A stretch of DNA of 64,000 nt from Candidatus Eiseniibacteriota bacterium. GTDB lineage: Bacteria; Eisenbacteria; RBG-16-71-46; CAVPCR01. Location: NCBI GenBank assembly GCA_963823555.1, contig CAWGMA010000004.1:384001-448000 (forward strand), in the 5' to 3' direction. Below, piece after piece: positions 1-9,761 of this stretch. How positions within the stretch are numbered: the stretch's first letter is position 1; each line of letters begins with the position of its first letter. A program made the translations under genes and the position numbers. Below the pieces are notes generated by a model, which worked only from the letters and a program-made list of their open reading frames with translations, did not search any database and had not been told where the DNA came from.

Positions 1-1
1 C

Positions 2-2140
2 CTCATCCAGTCGAGCTTCACCGCCAACCGGGGGGTCGCGCAGTCCGTGGGCGCTTCCTTCCTGCTCAAGGGGTCGCCGACGTACTTGCATCGGCTCAGC
101 CGGTTCATGATGCAGAACTTCAGCTTCGGAGACTTCATCTTCCGGCTCCAAGACGGCACCGAAGTCGGCCGCGCCACCGATCTCAAGACGCTCGAGGAAC
201 TTCTGGGCAAGGTGCCCGCGGAGAGCCTGGGCTTTCACGGCGAACGAAATCACTTCTCGAACTGGCTCAAGGCGCGCACCGAGTTCACGCTTGCTGACAA
301 GCTCCGGCCGCGCAAGGTCTCGGACTTCGCCTCGCTCGAGGACCTCCGGCGGGACCTCATTCGCTCGATTCAGGAGTATCGCGAGGAACGGAACCGCGGC
401 ATTGTCGCCGACTTCGACCGCCATACCTTCGATGGCAGCGCGAGGTTTCTGCGCATCGGAGCCGGATCGCTCGGCGGGAAGGCGCGGGGACTCGCTTTCG
501 TCAACCGATTGCTCAACGACCACAACGTTGCGGCGCGCTTTCCCGACGTGGAGATCTCGGTGCCGCCGTCCGTCGTTCTCGGTACCGATGTCTTCGACGA
601 GTTCCTCGCCGCGAACGATCTCCGCGATTTCGCCATCGACAGCCCCGACCACGAGGAGGTGCTGGCTCGGTTTCTCGCCGCCAAGTTTCCTGCGGCCTAT
701 CGCGACGATCTCCGTGCTTTCCTCAAGCTCGCCCGCTACCCGCTCGCCGTGCGGTCGTCGAGCCTGCTCGAGGACTCGCCGTACCAGCCGTTCGCCGGGA
801 TCTACGCCACCTACATGCTGCCCAACAGCCATCCCGACCTCCAGGTCCGGCTGCGGCACTTGATCGATGCGATCAAGCGCGTCTACGCCTCGACCTTCTC
901 CGAGCAAGCCAAGTCCTATCTGCAGGCCACTCCCTATCGGCTCGAGGAAGAGAAGATGGCCGTCATATTGCAGAAGGTCGTGGGAGCGGCGCACGAGGAT
1001 CGCTTCTATCCCGATTTCGCCGGGGTGGCGCGTTCCCACAACTTCTATCCGACCCCGCCGATGACGACGGACGACGGGGTCGCCGCCGTGGCGCTCGGGC
1101 TCGGTGAGACCGTGGTGGACGGTGGGCTCTGCATCCGTTTCTGCCCGCGTTACCCGCAGCACCTGGTCCAGTTCTCATCGGTGAAGGACATTCTCCGCAA
1201 CTCGCAGCGTGAGTTCTATGCGCTCGCCCTGCGCGAGTCGTCCGGCAGCGCCCCCTCGCACGAAGCGTTCGAGCTCCGCCAGTTCGGGCTCGAGGCTGCC
1301 GAGTCCGACGGGGCGCTGGTCTGGGTCGGCTCGACCTATTCGCCGGAGAACCATGCTGTCTACGACGGCCTGTCACGAAGCGGCGTTCGCCTGGTCAGCT
1401 TCGCGCCGATCCTCAAGCATGGCTTGTTCCCCCTGGCCGAGATCCTCGATCTCATGCTCGAGATCGGCCGCGCCGGCACCAGCGGTCCGGTCGAGATCGA
1501 GTTCGCGGCGAATCTGTCGAAAGGCCAGGGGGAGCGCCCGGAGTTCGGCTTCCTCCAGCTGCGCCCCCTCGCCCTCAGCCGCGAGATGGCGGATGTCGAG
1601 ATCGGAGATGTCGATGCCACGGAACTCATCTGCCGGAGCTCCACCGTCCTCGGGCATGGCAAGATCGAGGATCTGCGCGACCTGGTCCTGGTCGACATCC
1701 ATCGCTTCGAGCGCGCGCGCTCGCAGGAGGTGGCTCAGGAGGTGGCTCGGTTCAACGCCGAGTTGACCGCGCGCGGTACGAACTACGCGCTGATCGGCGT
1801 CGGCCGCTGGGGTTCCGCCGATCCTTTCCTCGGGATTCCGGTGACCTGGGACCAGATCGCCGCAGCGCGAGTCATCGTCGAGGCCGGCTTTCACGATTTC
1901 AAGGTGACTCCGTCGCAGGGAACGCACTTCTTCCAGAACCTGACCACATCGCGCGTGGGCTACTTCACCGTCAATCCCGACGAGGGAGAGGGGTTTGTCG
2001 ACTGGGAGTGGCTGTCCAAGCAGCCGGCGGTTCGTGAGACGGACTTCGTTCGCCATCTCAAGTTCGCCGAGGCGATCGTGGTCAAGATGGACGGCAAGCA
2101 GAATGCGGGCGTGATCTTGAAGCCCAAGAGCCGGTCGTGA
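2..2140 (+). CDS. PEP/pyruvate-binding (PPDK_N, ATP-grasp) domain protein, 5'-truncated by window edge
   Basis: Frame is open from base 2. Motifs [32 protein letters not shown] and LQLRP match the PEP synthase N-terminal domain. C-terminal [11 protein letters not shown] is present. No PEP-binding TIM barrel. Confidence 0.85.
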   Translation, partial: LIQSSFTANRGVAQSVGASFLLKGSPTYLHRLSRFMMQNFSFGDFIFRLQDGTEVGRATDLKTLEELLGKVPAESLGFHGERNHFSNWLKARTEFTLADKLRPRKVSDFASLEDLRRDLIRSIQEYREERNRGIVADFDRHTFDGSARFLRIGAGSLGGKARGLAFVNRLLNDHNVAARFPDVEISVPPSVVLGTDVFDEFLAANDLRDFAIDSPDHEEVLARFLAAKFPAAYRDDLRAFLKLARYPLAVRSSSLLEDSPYQPFAGIYATYMLPNSHPDLQVRLRHLIDAIKRVYASTFSEQAKSYLQATPYRLEEEKMAVILQKVVGAAHEDRFYPDFAGVARSHNFYPTPPMTTDDGVAAVALGLGETVVDGGLCIRFCPRYPQHLVQFSSVKDILRNSQREFYALALRESSGSAPSHEAFELRQFGLEAAESDGALVWVGSTYSPENHAVYDGLSRSGVRLVSFAPILKHGLFPLAEILDLMLEIGRAGTSGPVEIEFAANLSKGQGERPEFGFLQLRPLALSREMADVEIGDVDATELICRSSTVLGHGKIEDLRDLVLVDIHRFERARSQEVAQEVARFNAELTARGTNYALIGVGRWGSADPFLGIPVTWDQIAAARVIVEAGFHDFKVTPSQGTHFFQNLTTSRVGYFTVNPDEGEGFVDWEWLSKQPAVRETDFVRHLKFAEAIVVKMDGKQNAGVILKPKSRS

Positions 2141-3000
2141 CCGACCGCTGCTACTTCGTTTCGGATCTGCATGGCCGGCGGGATCGCTACGAGAAGCTGT
2201 TTGCCGCCATCCGCGGCCGGCGGCCCGCGGGCGTGTTCCTCGGCGGGGACCTCCTGCCGTCAGGCGTCTTCCTCGCCGGAGGGGGCGCCGACCCCGAGGA
2301 CTTCGTCTCCGGCTTTCTCGCCGCCGAGTTCAGGAGCCTGCGCGCCGAGCTCGGCGCCGGCGCGCCGCGGGTATTCGTCATCCTCGGCAACGATGATCCG
2401 CGCCGCGAGGAGGAGGGGGTCCTGGCGGCCGCCGCCGCCGGGGTCTGGGAGTACGCGCACCAGCGCCGGACCCAGTTCGGGAGCCACCTCGTCCTCGGCT
2501 ATGCCTGCATCCCGCCGACTCCGTTCCTGCTCAAGGACTGGGAACGCTACGATGTGTCCCGGCACGTGGATCCTGGCAGCGTGTCGCCGGAAGAAGGATG
2601 GCGGACGACTCCCGCCGAGGCGCACGAGCTCAGATACGGCACCATCCAGAAGGACCTCGAGGCCCTCGCCGGCGCCGAGGATCTGTCACGAGCCGTGTGT
2701 CTCTTTCACTCGCCGCCCTACCAGACGCCGCTCGACCGCGCCGCCCTCGACGGCATGATGGTGGAGCACGTCCCGCTGGATGTGCACATCGGGAGCATCG
2801 CGATCCGCCGCTTCATCGAGTCGCGGCAGCCGCTCCTCACGCTGCACGGCCATGTGCACGAGTCGGCGCGCCTGAGCGGGGCCTGGATGGCACGCCTGGG
2901 CCGGACCGTTTGCCTCTCCGCGGCCCACGACGGCCCCGAGCTCGCCCTCGTCGAGTTCGACCTCGACGATCCGGCCGGGGCCGAGCGTCACCTGCTCTAG
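2137..3000 (+). CDS. Calcineurin-like metallophosphoesterase
   Basis: Motifs SDLHG, GGDLL, GNDD, FHSPP and HGHVHE. GTGA start/stop overlap with the upstream gene. Confidence 0.85.
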   Translation: MTDRCYFVSDLHGRRDRYEKLFAAIRGRRPAGVFLGGDLLPSGVFLAGGGADPEDFVSGFLAAEFRSLRAELGAGAPRVFVILGNDDPRREEEGVLAAAAAGVWEYAHQRRTQFGSHLVLGYACIPPTPFLLKDWERYDVSRHVDPGSVSPEEGWRTTPAEAHELRYGTIQKDLEALAGAEDLSRAVCLFHSPPYQTPLDRAALDGMMVEHVPLDVHIGSIAIRRFIESRQPLLTLHGHVHESARLSGAWMARLGRTVCLSAAHDGPELALVEFDLDDPAGAERHLL

Positions 3001-6000
3001 GTCGCGGGGCGGGCACCTGCGGGGCGCAGCGGCAGGAGCCGCGCCGGATCGGTCACGGCCCCGATCTTGGCGGCGTAGGAGTTGTGCTCGGCGATGTCCT
3101 CATCGGTGACGATATGGACATCGAGAATCCCGTCCACGCGGCAGCCGGTACGCAGGAAGTTGAACTCGGACAGGCACAGGCTCCAGCCGTCGAGCCAGGA
3201 GAGGAGGTCCTGTCTCTGCTCCTCCGTCCCGTCGAAGTGGACGAGGAGATCGATATCGCTCGCCGGTCCGGCGCTGGCGTTCTTGGTGCTGCCAAAGACG
3301 TACAGCGCCTTGACCCCGAAGCGGTCCGGATCCAGCCGCCCGGCGAGCCGCTCGGCGAACTGCATCCGCCACTTCCAGTGATTATCGGCCCGTGTCCGTT
3401 CCTCCTCCGCCCGGGCGTCGGTCTCCTCGGGGACTTCGGCGCGCGGCGCCAGGAAGGCGATGGCCTCGTCGAGGTTCGCGTTCATGAGGACGTGCATCAC
3501 CATCCCTTTCGTGACCCGCGAGACGTCGATCACACGTATGGTGTCGGCGAGAGCCGCGTACTCCGGGAGCAACTCGGCTAGGATGTTCGGCGAGCGGCCG
3601 AGGAAGGCCTCGTTGAAAACGATGCCAGGATCATCGGGATACAACGGTAGATAGCGGATCTCGGCCTCGACGAGATCCTGGAAGAAGTGGGTGCCGAAGG
3701 AGAGATCAGGCAGGTAGTTGCCCTTCTTGCGCGCCACCTCGATCAGGACGGATGTGTTGTTGATGTCCGAGTAGGTGACGTTGACCCCCATCTTGATGTC
3801 GCCCCGGCTCCCCCAGCGCCCCGGTCCGATCAGCACGAACTGGCGCTTGGGCAGGATCTTGTTGAGCCGCCCCACGGCCCGCCCTACGGCGCGCAGCTCC
3901 TCGATGGTTTCGAGCTCGTTGTAGTGATCGGGGTCGACATAGACGACGTGGGTGATGTTGTTGGCGCTTCCGTTCGAGATGAAGCGGCGGGCGGTGAAGA
4001 TGACCTGTTCGGGTAGCGTGTCGTGCGGGATCACCGCCGCCTTGGCCATGCGGCCCGAGCTCTGCGGCCGGCACTGGAGAAGATAGAGATCCTGCCCGTC
4101 CGAGGCGAACTCGATGTCGACCGGGGTCCCCATCTCGCGTTCGAGGATCTCGAGCATGGCCCGGATCTGGCGTACGAACGGGGTGGCGGTGGCGAGCCCC
4201 TCGAAGGTGAAGACCACGCGCTTGGGATCGAGATCCATCTCGCGCCCGAGCGGCCGGCGCACCCGGTCCTCCTCGAGGATCGAGATCATGTTGGCGAGCT
4301 GCGGGAGATCGGAGCCGACCTCGGCCAGGAACTCGTGCAGGGGCACGGTCTCGAAGGTCCCGTTCTCCATGTCGATGACGTCGATCTTGCTCGGTGAGTA
4401 TCGGACGATCTCGTCGAGGGTGACATTGACGCGGAGGTTCGGCTGTCCGGGAGCCATCAGCACCGGGTAGTCATCCCGCAGCCGGTCGACAGCACGGGTG
4501 CCCAGCCCCGGAACCAGGCGCAGGAGCCCATCGTCGCGCTGGATGCGGGCCGACCACCGGAACTCGTTGTGGCTGAACGCCACCCCGGAGAACGTGGGCA
4601 GGAAGTAGCGCCCGAGCCGCGTCCCCACCACCTCCTGCACCATGATCCCCATCTCCTCGTAGACATCGAGGAGGCCTCGTTCCATGCGGTACTCGATGGG
4701 GTCCGGGCCGAAGACCGAGGCGTACACCTCCGCGATGGCATCCATCAGAGCGGCCAGCCGCTCCTGCTTGGTGCCGATGTTGGCCAGGAAGAGGCTCTTG
4801 TACTTGCCGGAGAAGGCAGCATCGAAGCGGTCCTCGAGCAGGCTCGACGACCGGACGATGAGCGGACGACCCTCGAGATCGTCGAGGATCACCGCCAGGC
4901 CCTTGATCACTTCGGGCGAGAACATCGAGCTCTTGAAGATCTGGATGATGTGCGGGTACTCGTGCCGCACCTGATCCAGATCGGCGTACTTCTGGTTGTA
5001 GACGTCTTCCAGGTTGTTGTACTGGATGAAATCGATGACCCCGTCGGTGGTGAGGTACCAGCTGCGCGGGGTCTTGATCTCTCCCAGCTCGGGCGGCGGG
5101 TCTTTCAGGTTGCGCAAGATGGCCATGGCCAGGACGAGCCCGGATGCCTTCCCACCCAGCTTGCCCCGGCTCTTGGCCGGGAAGATCATGTGCTGAACGA
5201 TGTCGTAGTAGTCGCTGATATCGATGTGTCGCTTGGCGATGTTGACGTAACGAAGGTGATTGGTGAAGAAGTGGGAGATCAGGGACACGCGCAGGCCCTT
5301 CTGCACCGCTGGAGGGAACTCGATCTCCTCGGCCGGGATGTGGTGCAGGCGCCGGATGGCCTCGGTGACCTCGTCGAGGGAGGAATCGGGGTTGCCGACG
5401 GCATTGGCGAAGAAGCGGGCGCGGTCCTGGCGGATCCATTGCTGGATGCTGGAGAGGATGTCGTCCTCGCTCAAGTGGTTGGCCGCGATGGCGAAGGTAT
5501 CGTCCGTCATGTCGAGGAGTCGCAGCTTGCCAAATGACTCGCTCGGGCGATTGTCGTCGCCGGTCTCGACGTCGATGTCCTCCTCGGGTTCATAGACGAC
5601 CTGATGCAGCAGGTCGATGGCCTCAGGGATGCCGATCCAGCACAGGTGGTTGAGCATCTTGCGCGTGATGCGCAGCAGCAGTGTCTGATCGGTGCGCTTC
5701 AGGAAGTCGAGGATGATGCGCCATTGGCCGCGGGAGGTGGGTGATAGCTCGTGGCGGGCGGTTTCCAGGCTCTCGAAGGCGGTCTGCAGCTTCTTGTGGG
5801 TGAGGAAGTGACCCAGCCGATCGGCAATGGTGTCGATGAGCTTGCGCTCCTCCTTGAGGAAGGGCCCTTCATCAGCCTTCAAGGGCATCTCCCGGTAGTA
5901 GACCTCGAGGGAACCATGGCGTTCGCCGTCAACGGCGATGGGGGCCGACTGCACCCAGGGCGTCACCTGGAAATCCGGCGACTCGTGGGTCTGCCCGCCG

Positions 6001-6197
6001 TAGGTGATTCGCACCTGGCATATCTGCGAAAACTGGTAACCAGGGGGGATGGCCTGGATCACTCCGGAGAAGACCTCGGGGAGGGGAGTCTCGGTGTGTT
6101 TCAGGAACTCATCGATGCGATACAGGCAGTCGAGCTCCTTGGCCCTCTCCTGAAGTGCCTTGAGGACTCTCTCGATGGGGGTTTCCTGGGAAGTCAT
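2997..6197 (-). CDS. GAF-like + PPDK_N (ATP-grasp) + C-terminal nucleotidyltransferase fusion protein
   Basis: N-terminal sensor-like segment (ERAKELDCLY...EGPFLKEER). Core motifs [31 protein letters not shown] and SFGTHFFQDL. C-terminal YVFGS...SDIDLLVH is a Pol-beta-type NTase motif. Confidence 0.85.
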   Translation of the reverse strand: MTSQETPIERVLKALQERAKELDCLYRIDEFLKHTETPLPEVFSGVIQAIPPGYQFSQICQVRITYGGQTHESPDFQVTPWVQSAPIAVDGERHGSLEVYYREMPLKADEGPFLKEERKLIDTIADRLGHFLTHKKLQTAFESLETARHELSPTSRGQWRIILDFLKRTDQTLLLRITRKMLNHLCWIGIPEAIDLLHQVVYEPEEDIDVETGDDNRPSESFGKLRLLDMTDDTFAIAANHLSEDDILSSIQQWIRQDRARFFANAVGNPDSSLDEVTEAIRRLHHIPAEEIEFPPAVQKGLRVSLISHFFTNHLRYVNIAKRHIDISDYYDIVQHMIFPAKSRGKLGGKASGLVLAMAILRNLKDPPPELGEIKTPRSWYLTTDGVIDFIQYNNLEDVYNQKYADLDQVRHEYPHIIQIFKSSMFSPEVIKGLAVILDDLEGRPLIVRSSSLLEDRFDAAFSGKYKSLFLANIGTKQERLAALMDAIAEVYASVFGPDPIEYRMERGLLDVYEEMGIMVQEVVGTRLGRYFLPTFSGVAFSHNEFRWSARIQRDDGLLRLVPGLGTRAVDRLRDDYPVLMAPGQPNLRVNVTLDEIVRYSPSKIDVIDMENGTFETVPLHEFLAEVGSDLPQLANMISILEEDRVRRPLGREMDLDPKRVVFTFEGLATATPFVRQIRAMLEILEREMGTPVDIEFASDGQDLYLLQCRPQSSGRMAKAAVIPHDTLPEQVIFTARRFISNGSANNITHVVYVDPDHYNELETIEELRAVGRAVGRLNKILPKRQFVLIGPGRWGSRGDIKMGVNVTYSDINNTSVLIEVARKKGNYLPDLSFGTHFFQDLVEAEIRYLPLYPDDPGIVFNEAFLGRSPNILAELLPEYAALADTIRVIDVSRVTKGMVMHVLMNANLDEAIAFLAPRAEVPEETDARAEEERTRADNHWKWRMQFAERLAGRLDPDRFGVKALYVFGSTKNASAGPASDIDLLVHFDGTEEQRQDLLSWLDGWSLCLSEFNFLRTGCRVDGILDVHIVTDEDIAEHNSYAAKIGAVTDPARLLPLRPAGARPAT

Positions 6198-6243
6198 GGT
6201 CCCTCGCTCGCTCTGCCGGGGGTGCCGGCGGCATCGCCGGGCC

Positions 6244-8058
6244 TCACCCGGGCAGGAGGATCACACCGCGGCTCGTCCGGCCGTCCACACGGACTCGGAG
6301 CGGTGCCGGGAGCCGAACATGCCGCACCAGCTCGGTCTCCTTCACCGCGGGCTGGCGGGCGAGCCATGCCCAGTTGATGCCGAAGGCGCCGGTGTGTCGC
6401 ACGGTGAAGTAGCAGACACGGAAACTGGTCAAATTGTGGAAGAAGTGTGTTCCCTGGCTCGGGTCGGGGCTGGCCTCGGGCAGCGAGGATTCGATGATGA
6501 CCTTGGCTCCCGAGATCTGACTCCAGGCGACCGGCACCCCGAGCCAGGGGTCCGTGGATCCCCAGCGGCCGAAGCCGATGAGGAGATAGGGTCGCTTCTC
6601 CTCGCTCAAGTCGCGATCGATCTCCTCGATCTCGGCGGCGATCCGCTGCGTGTGCGTCATGGCGAAGGCCTCGGGGCGCAGGTAGACGACATCGCAGATG
6701 TTATCGACGGTGCCGTTTCCCAGAGCCGACTCCGAAGCGGTGAGGACATCGCCGCCGCTCATCTCCTCCTCCGTCACGGTCACGGTCTCGTCAGAGACCA
6801 CGAGCGGGCGTACCTGCAGGAATCCGAATCGCGCCGGCTCGGATGTGGAGTCAGGAAGCGTCACCGCGAATTCGATCTCCACCTCCGCGCCGAGCGCCCG
6901 CTCGCATTCTTCGAGGAGATGGCGCACGAGCGCGTTGAGCGGGTAGACCTCGACCGCGAGGAGCGGAGCGAAGGTGATCACTCGTGGCCCCGAGGGGCCG
7001 GTGCCGATCGAGAGTCGATCCGACTGCAGATCATAGGTCGAGGCGATGTGGCGTAGCGTATCGTCGCTTTCGGCGTCGGCCAGGGAGGCGTGGACCAGGT
7101 ACTCCACCTCGGTGGTCGGATCGTAGGCCGGCGGCTTGCCCATGTTCACGGCCCAGAACTCGCGCTGGGTCTGCCACATGAGCTCGCGGACCGTGGCGTA
7201 GGGCGGGTTCGCGCGCGGGTGGGCTGGCGAGTAGTTCCAGCCGATGCCGTCGTCGACGATCGTTCGCCCGAGCCCGAGGGCGAGGCTCACCACCCCGTCC
7301 CGGGGCCTGGCATGTCCGATCGGGTAGAAATTGAAAGAGCGCGCGACACCGGCGACCTCCGGATAGAAGCGCTCCTCATGGCGACGGCCCACCACCTCCT
7401 GGATGATCACGGCCATCTTCTCGTCGCGTACCGTGCTTGCGGTGGAACGGATGTAGGCCTTGGCATCGTGAAAGAAGGTGGATGCCCAGACGAACTTGAT
7501 CGCCTCGACCAGCTTGCGGAAGCGGGTGTCCGCGTCGATCTGGTTGTTGGGGATCATCTTGGTGGCATAGACGCCGGCGAACGGGCGGAACATCGCATCC
7601 TCGAGCAAACTCGAGGAGCGGATGGCGAGCGGTTGGTGCACGCTCTCGACCATGGCTCGCAGATCGCCGGCGATCTCGACCGGCAGGCTCGCTCGCTGGA
7701 AGGCGTGAGCGATGTGCGAGTCCGACTCGTTGGAGTAGGCGAGTTCCCGGAGCTTGTTGCCGTCGAGGAAGAGATCGAAGAGGTCGGTGGCGAGGACCGT
7801 CAGGCGGGGGATCGAGACCGTGAAGCCGGGCACATCCTGCCAGGCGCCGGGTGCGGCCAGGATTCGCTTGATGAAGGCGAGCCCTTGCGCCTTGCCCCCG
7901 ATCGACCCCGAGCCGATCACGGTGAAGTCCTCGCTCGAGCTGAAGAACTCCCGGTCGAACTGGGGGAAGTGCCGGGCTGCCGCCGGGGCCATGGGCTCCG
8001 GCGGGCTCGATCGGCGCGGATCGGGAGGCGATCCCGTTCCGTTCATGGCGCGCTCCAT
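6244..8058 (-). CDS. Stand-alone PPDK_N (ATP-grasp) domain protein
   Basis: Motifs [36 protein letters not shown] and [11 protein letters not shown]. Clear paralogue of 2..2140. Confidence 0.85.
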   Translation of the reverse strand: MERAMNGTGSPPDPRRSSPPEPMAPAAARHFPQFDREFFSSSEDFTVIGSGSIGGKAQGLAFIKRILAAPGAWQDVPGFTVSIPRLTVLATDLFDLFLDGNKLRELAYSNESDSHIAHAFQRASLPVEIAGDLRAMVESVHQPLAIRSSSLLEDAMFRPFAGVYATKMIPNNQIDADTRFRKLVEAIKFVWASTFFHDAKAYIRSTASTVRDEKMAVIIQEVVGRRHEERFYPEVAGVARSFNFYPIGHARPRDGVVSLALGLGRTIVDDGIGWNYSPAHPRANPPYATVRELMWQTQREFWAVNMGKPPAYDPTTEVEYLVHASLADAESDDTLRHIASTYDLQSDRLSIGTGPSGPRVITFAPLLAVEVYPLNALVRHLLEECERALGAEVEIEFAVTLPDSTSEPARFGFLQVRPLVVSDETVTVTEEEMSGGDVLTASESALGNGTVDNICDVVYLRPEAFAMTHTQRIAAEIEEIDRDLSEEKRPYLLIGFGRWGSTDPWLGVPVAWSQISGAKVIIESSLPEASPDPSQGTHFFHNLTSFRVCYFTVRHTGAFGINWAWLARQPAVKETELVRHVRLPAPLRVRVDGRTSRGVILLPG

Positions 8059-8072
8059 CGCGGCCGGACCGT

Positions 8073-9363
8073 CTAGATCCAGCCGCGGTCCTTGCAGGCC
8101 TGGGCGACACGGCCGATGGCGATGACGTAGGCGGCGTCGCGCATGAAGATCTTCTGCTTCCTGGCCACTTCACTGAACGGCGAGGAAGGCCGAGGTCATC
8201 TTGACGTCGAGCTCGACCCAGGACCTCGTCCTTCTCCCAGAAGTAGTTCATGTTGCTCTGCACCTGCTCGAAGTAGCTGCAGGTAACCCCTCCGGCATTG
8301 GCGAGGAAGTCGGGGATCAGGAAGATGCCCCGCTCCTGGATCACGCGGTCGGCATCGGGGGTGGTGGGACCGTTGGCGCCCTCGGCGATGAGCTTCACTT
8401 TGGGGCCGATGCGGTCGACGTTCTCGCTCGTGATCTGGTTCTCGAGGGCAGCCGGGATCAGGATATCGACATCCTGGGCGATCCAATCGTCGCCCGGCAG
8501 CACCTCGTAGCCCAGTGCGGCGGCCTTGGTCTTGTCGATGCCGCCGAAGCGGTCGCGTGATGCCGAGGAGCTGGTCGAGGTCGATGCCATCCTTGCGGGT
8601 GAACGAGTAGGACGTCTGGTCCTGCTGATCCCAGCAGGAGACGCAGGTCACCTTGCCGCCGATCTGCTCGTAGAGGCGTATCGCATACTGGGCCACGTTC
8701 CCGAAGCCCTGGACGCTGGCCCGCGTCGCGGCGGGGGCGATGCCGAGCTCCTTGAGCGCCTCGCGGATCGTGAAGACGACTCCGAATCCGGTCGCCTCGG
8801 CGCGTCCCAGCGAGCCGCCCATCCCCACCGGTTTCCCGGTGATGACGCCGGGATAGCGCCCGCGATGGATCGCACTCGTACTCATCGAGCATCCACAGCA
8901 TGTGCTGGGCGGATGTCATGACATCTGGCGCCGGCACGTCGATGACGGGGCCGATATCGCGCGAAATCTGCCGCACCCAGCCCCGGCAGATGAACTCCTG
9001 CTCATGGGCGCTCAGGTGATGCGGATCGCACACCACGCCGCCCTTGCTGCCGCCGAGCGGAATGTCGACAACGGCACACTTCCAGGTCATCCACATGGCC
9101 AGGGCGCGTACGGTGTCGATGGTCTCCTGCGGGTGGAAGCGCACGCCGCCCTTGCCGGGGCCGCGGGCGTCGTTGTGCTGGACGCGGAAGCCGCGGAACA
9201 CGTGCACGTTGCCGTCGTCCATGCGGACCGGGATGGAGAACGCATACTCCCGCATGGGAACACGCAGGAGTTCCCGCGAGGAGGCGTCGAGACCGATGGT
9301 CTCCGCCACCTTGTCGAACTGCGCCTGGGCAACCTGGAATGAGTTGTAAGCTTTCTCTCTCAC
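8073..9363 (-). CDS. gdhA: Glu/Leu/Phe/Val dehydrogenase (glutamate dehydrogenase), interrupted by four apparent 1-bp insertions
   Basis: GTG start after GGAGG. Motifs [48 protein letters not shown] and [10 protein letters not shown] are spread over successive frames. Removing insertions near 8874, 8556, 8212 and 8176 gives 428 aa ending RGWI-stop. Confidence 0.88.
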
Positions 9364-9653
9364 GTCATCCTCCCTTCCACACCCCCGTCCCCGAGCGAGA
9401 AGCTTCAAGGCGAGCGAGGAAGGCGACTCGAATGGTCGTCGACCGGCGAAGGCCCTGGCCGGGCGCCCCCGGTGCGCCGCGCGGCGGAGCCGCCGCTGAC
9501 ATATCCATGCTCTTGTGATGAAACGACTTAGCGATGCCGCCCGGTTCCCGGAGGGGAGCCCAGAGCGGCCCCTGCCCCGGACCCGTTCAGCGCACCCGAG
9601 ATTAGCGCATCCGGGCTCGTCCAGGTGAACCGCTCGCGGGGCGGCCGGTACGG

Positions 9654-9689
9654 AAAGGGGCGGGCAAGCCCCCTGGCCTGCCCGCCCCC
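9654..9689 (-). terminator. GC-rich hairpin downstream of gap, possible intrinsic terminator
   Basis: GGGGCGGGCA...TGCCCGCCCC inverted repeat with only a short TTT tail on the minus strand. Confidence 0.45.
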
Positions 9690-9761
9690 ACCCTGATTGG
9701 GCCCGAGCCCCGGGAACGCCGGTGGAGCGCATCGCCGGTGGCCGGTAACCGGTAGCCGGCG

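Noticed and set aside
2..8058. Annotating the three PPDK_N genes as ppsA or ppdK
   Set aside because: They lack the canonical TSHAAI His motif and the C-terminal PEP-binding barrel.
8165..8185. In-frame TGA near the gdh 3' end as selenocysteine or readthrough
   Set aside because: The protein continues in a different frame after this point, so a 1-bp insertion explains it. Readthrough would not restore the C-terminus.
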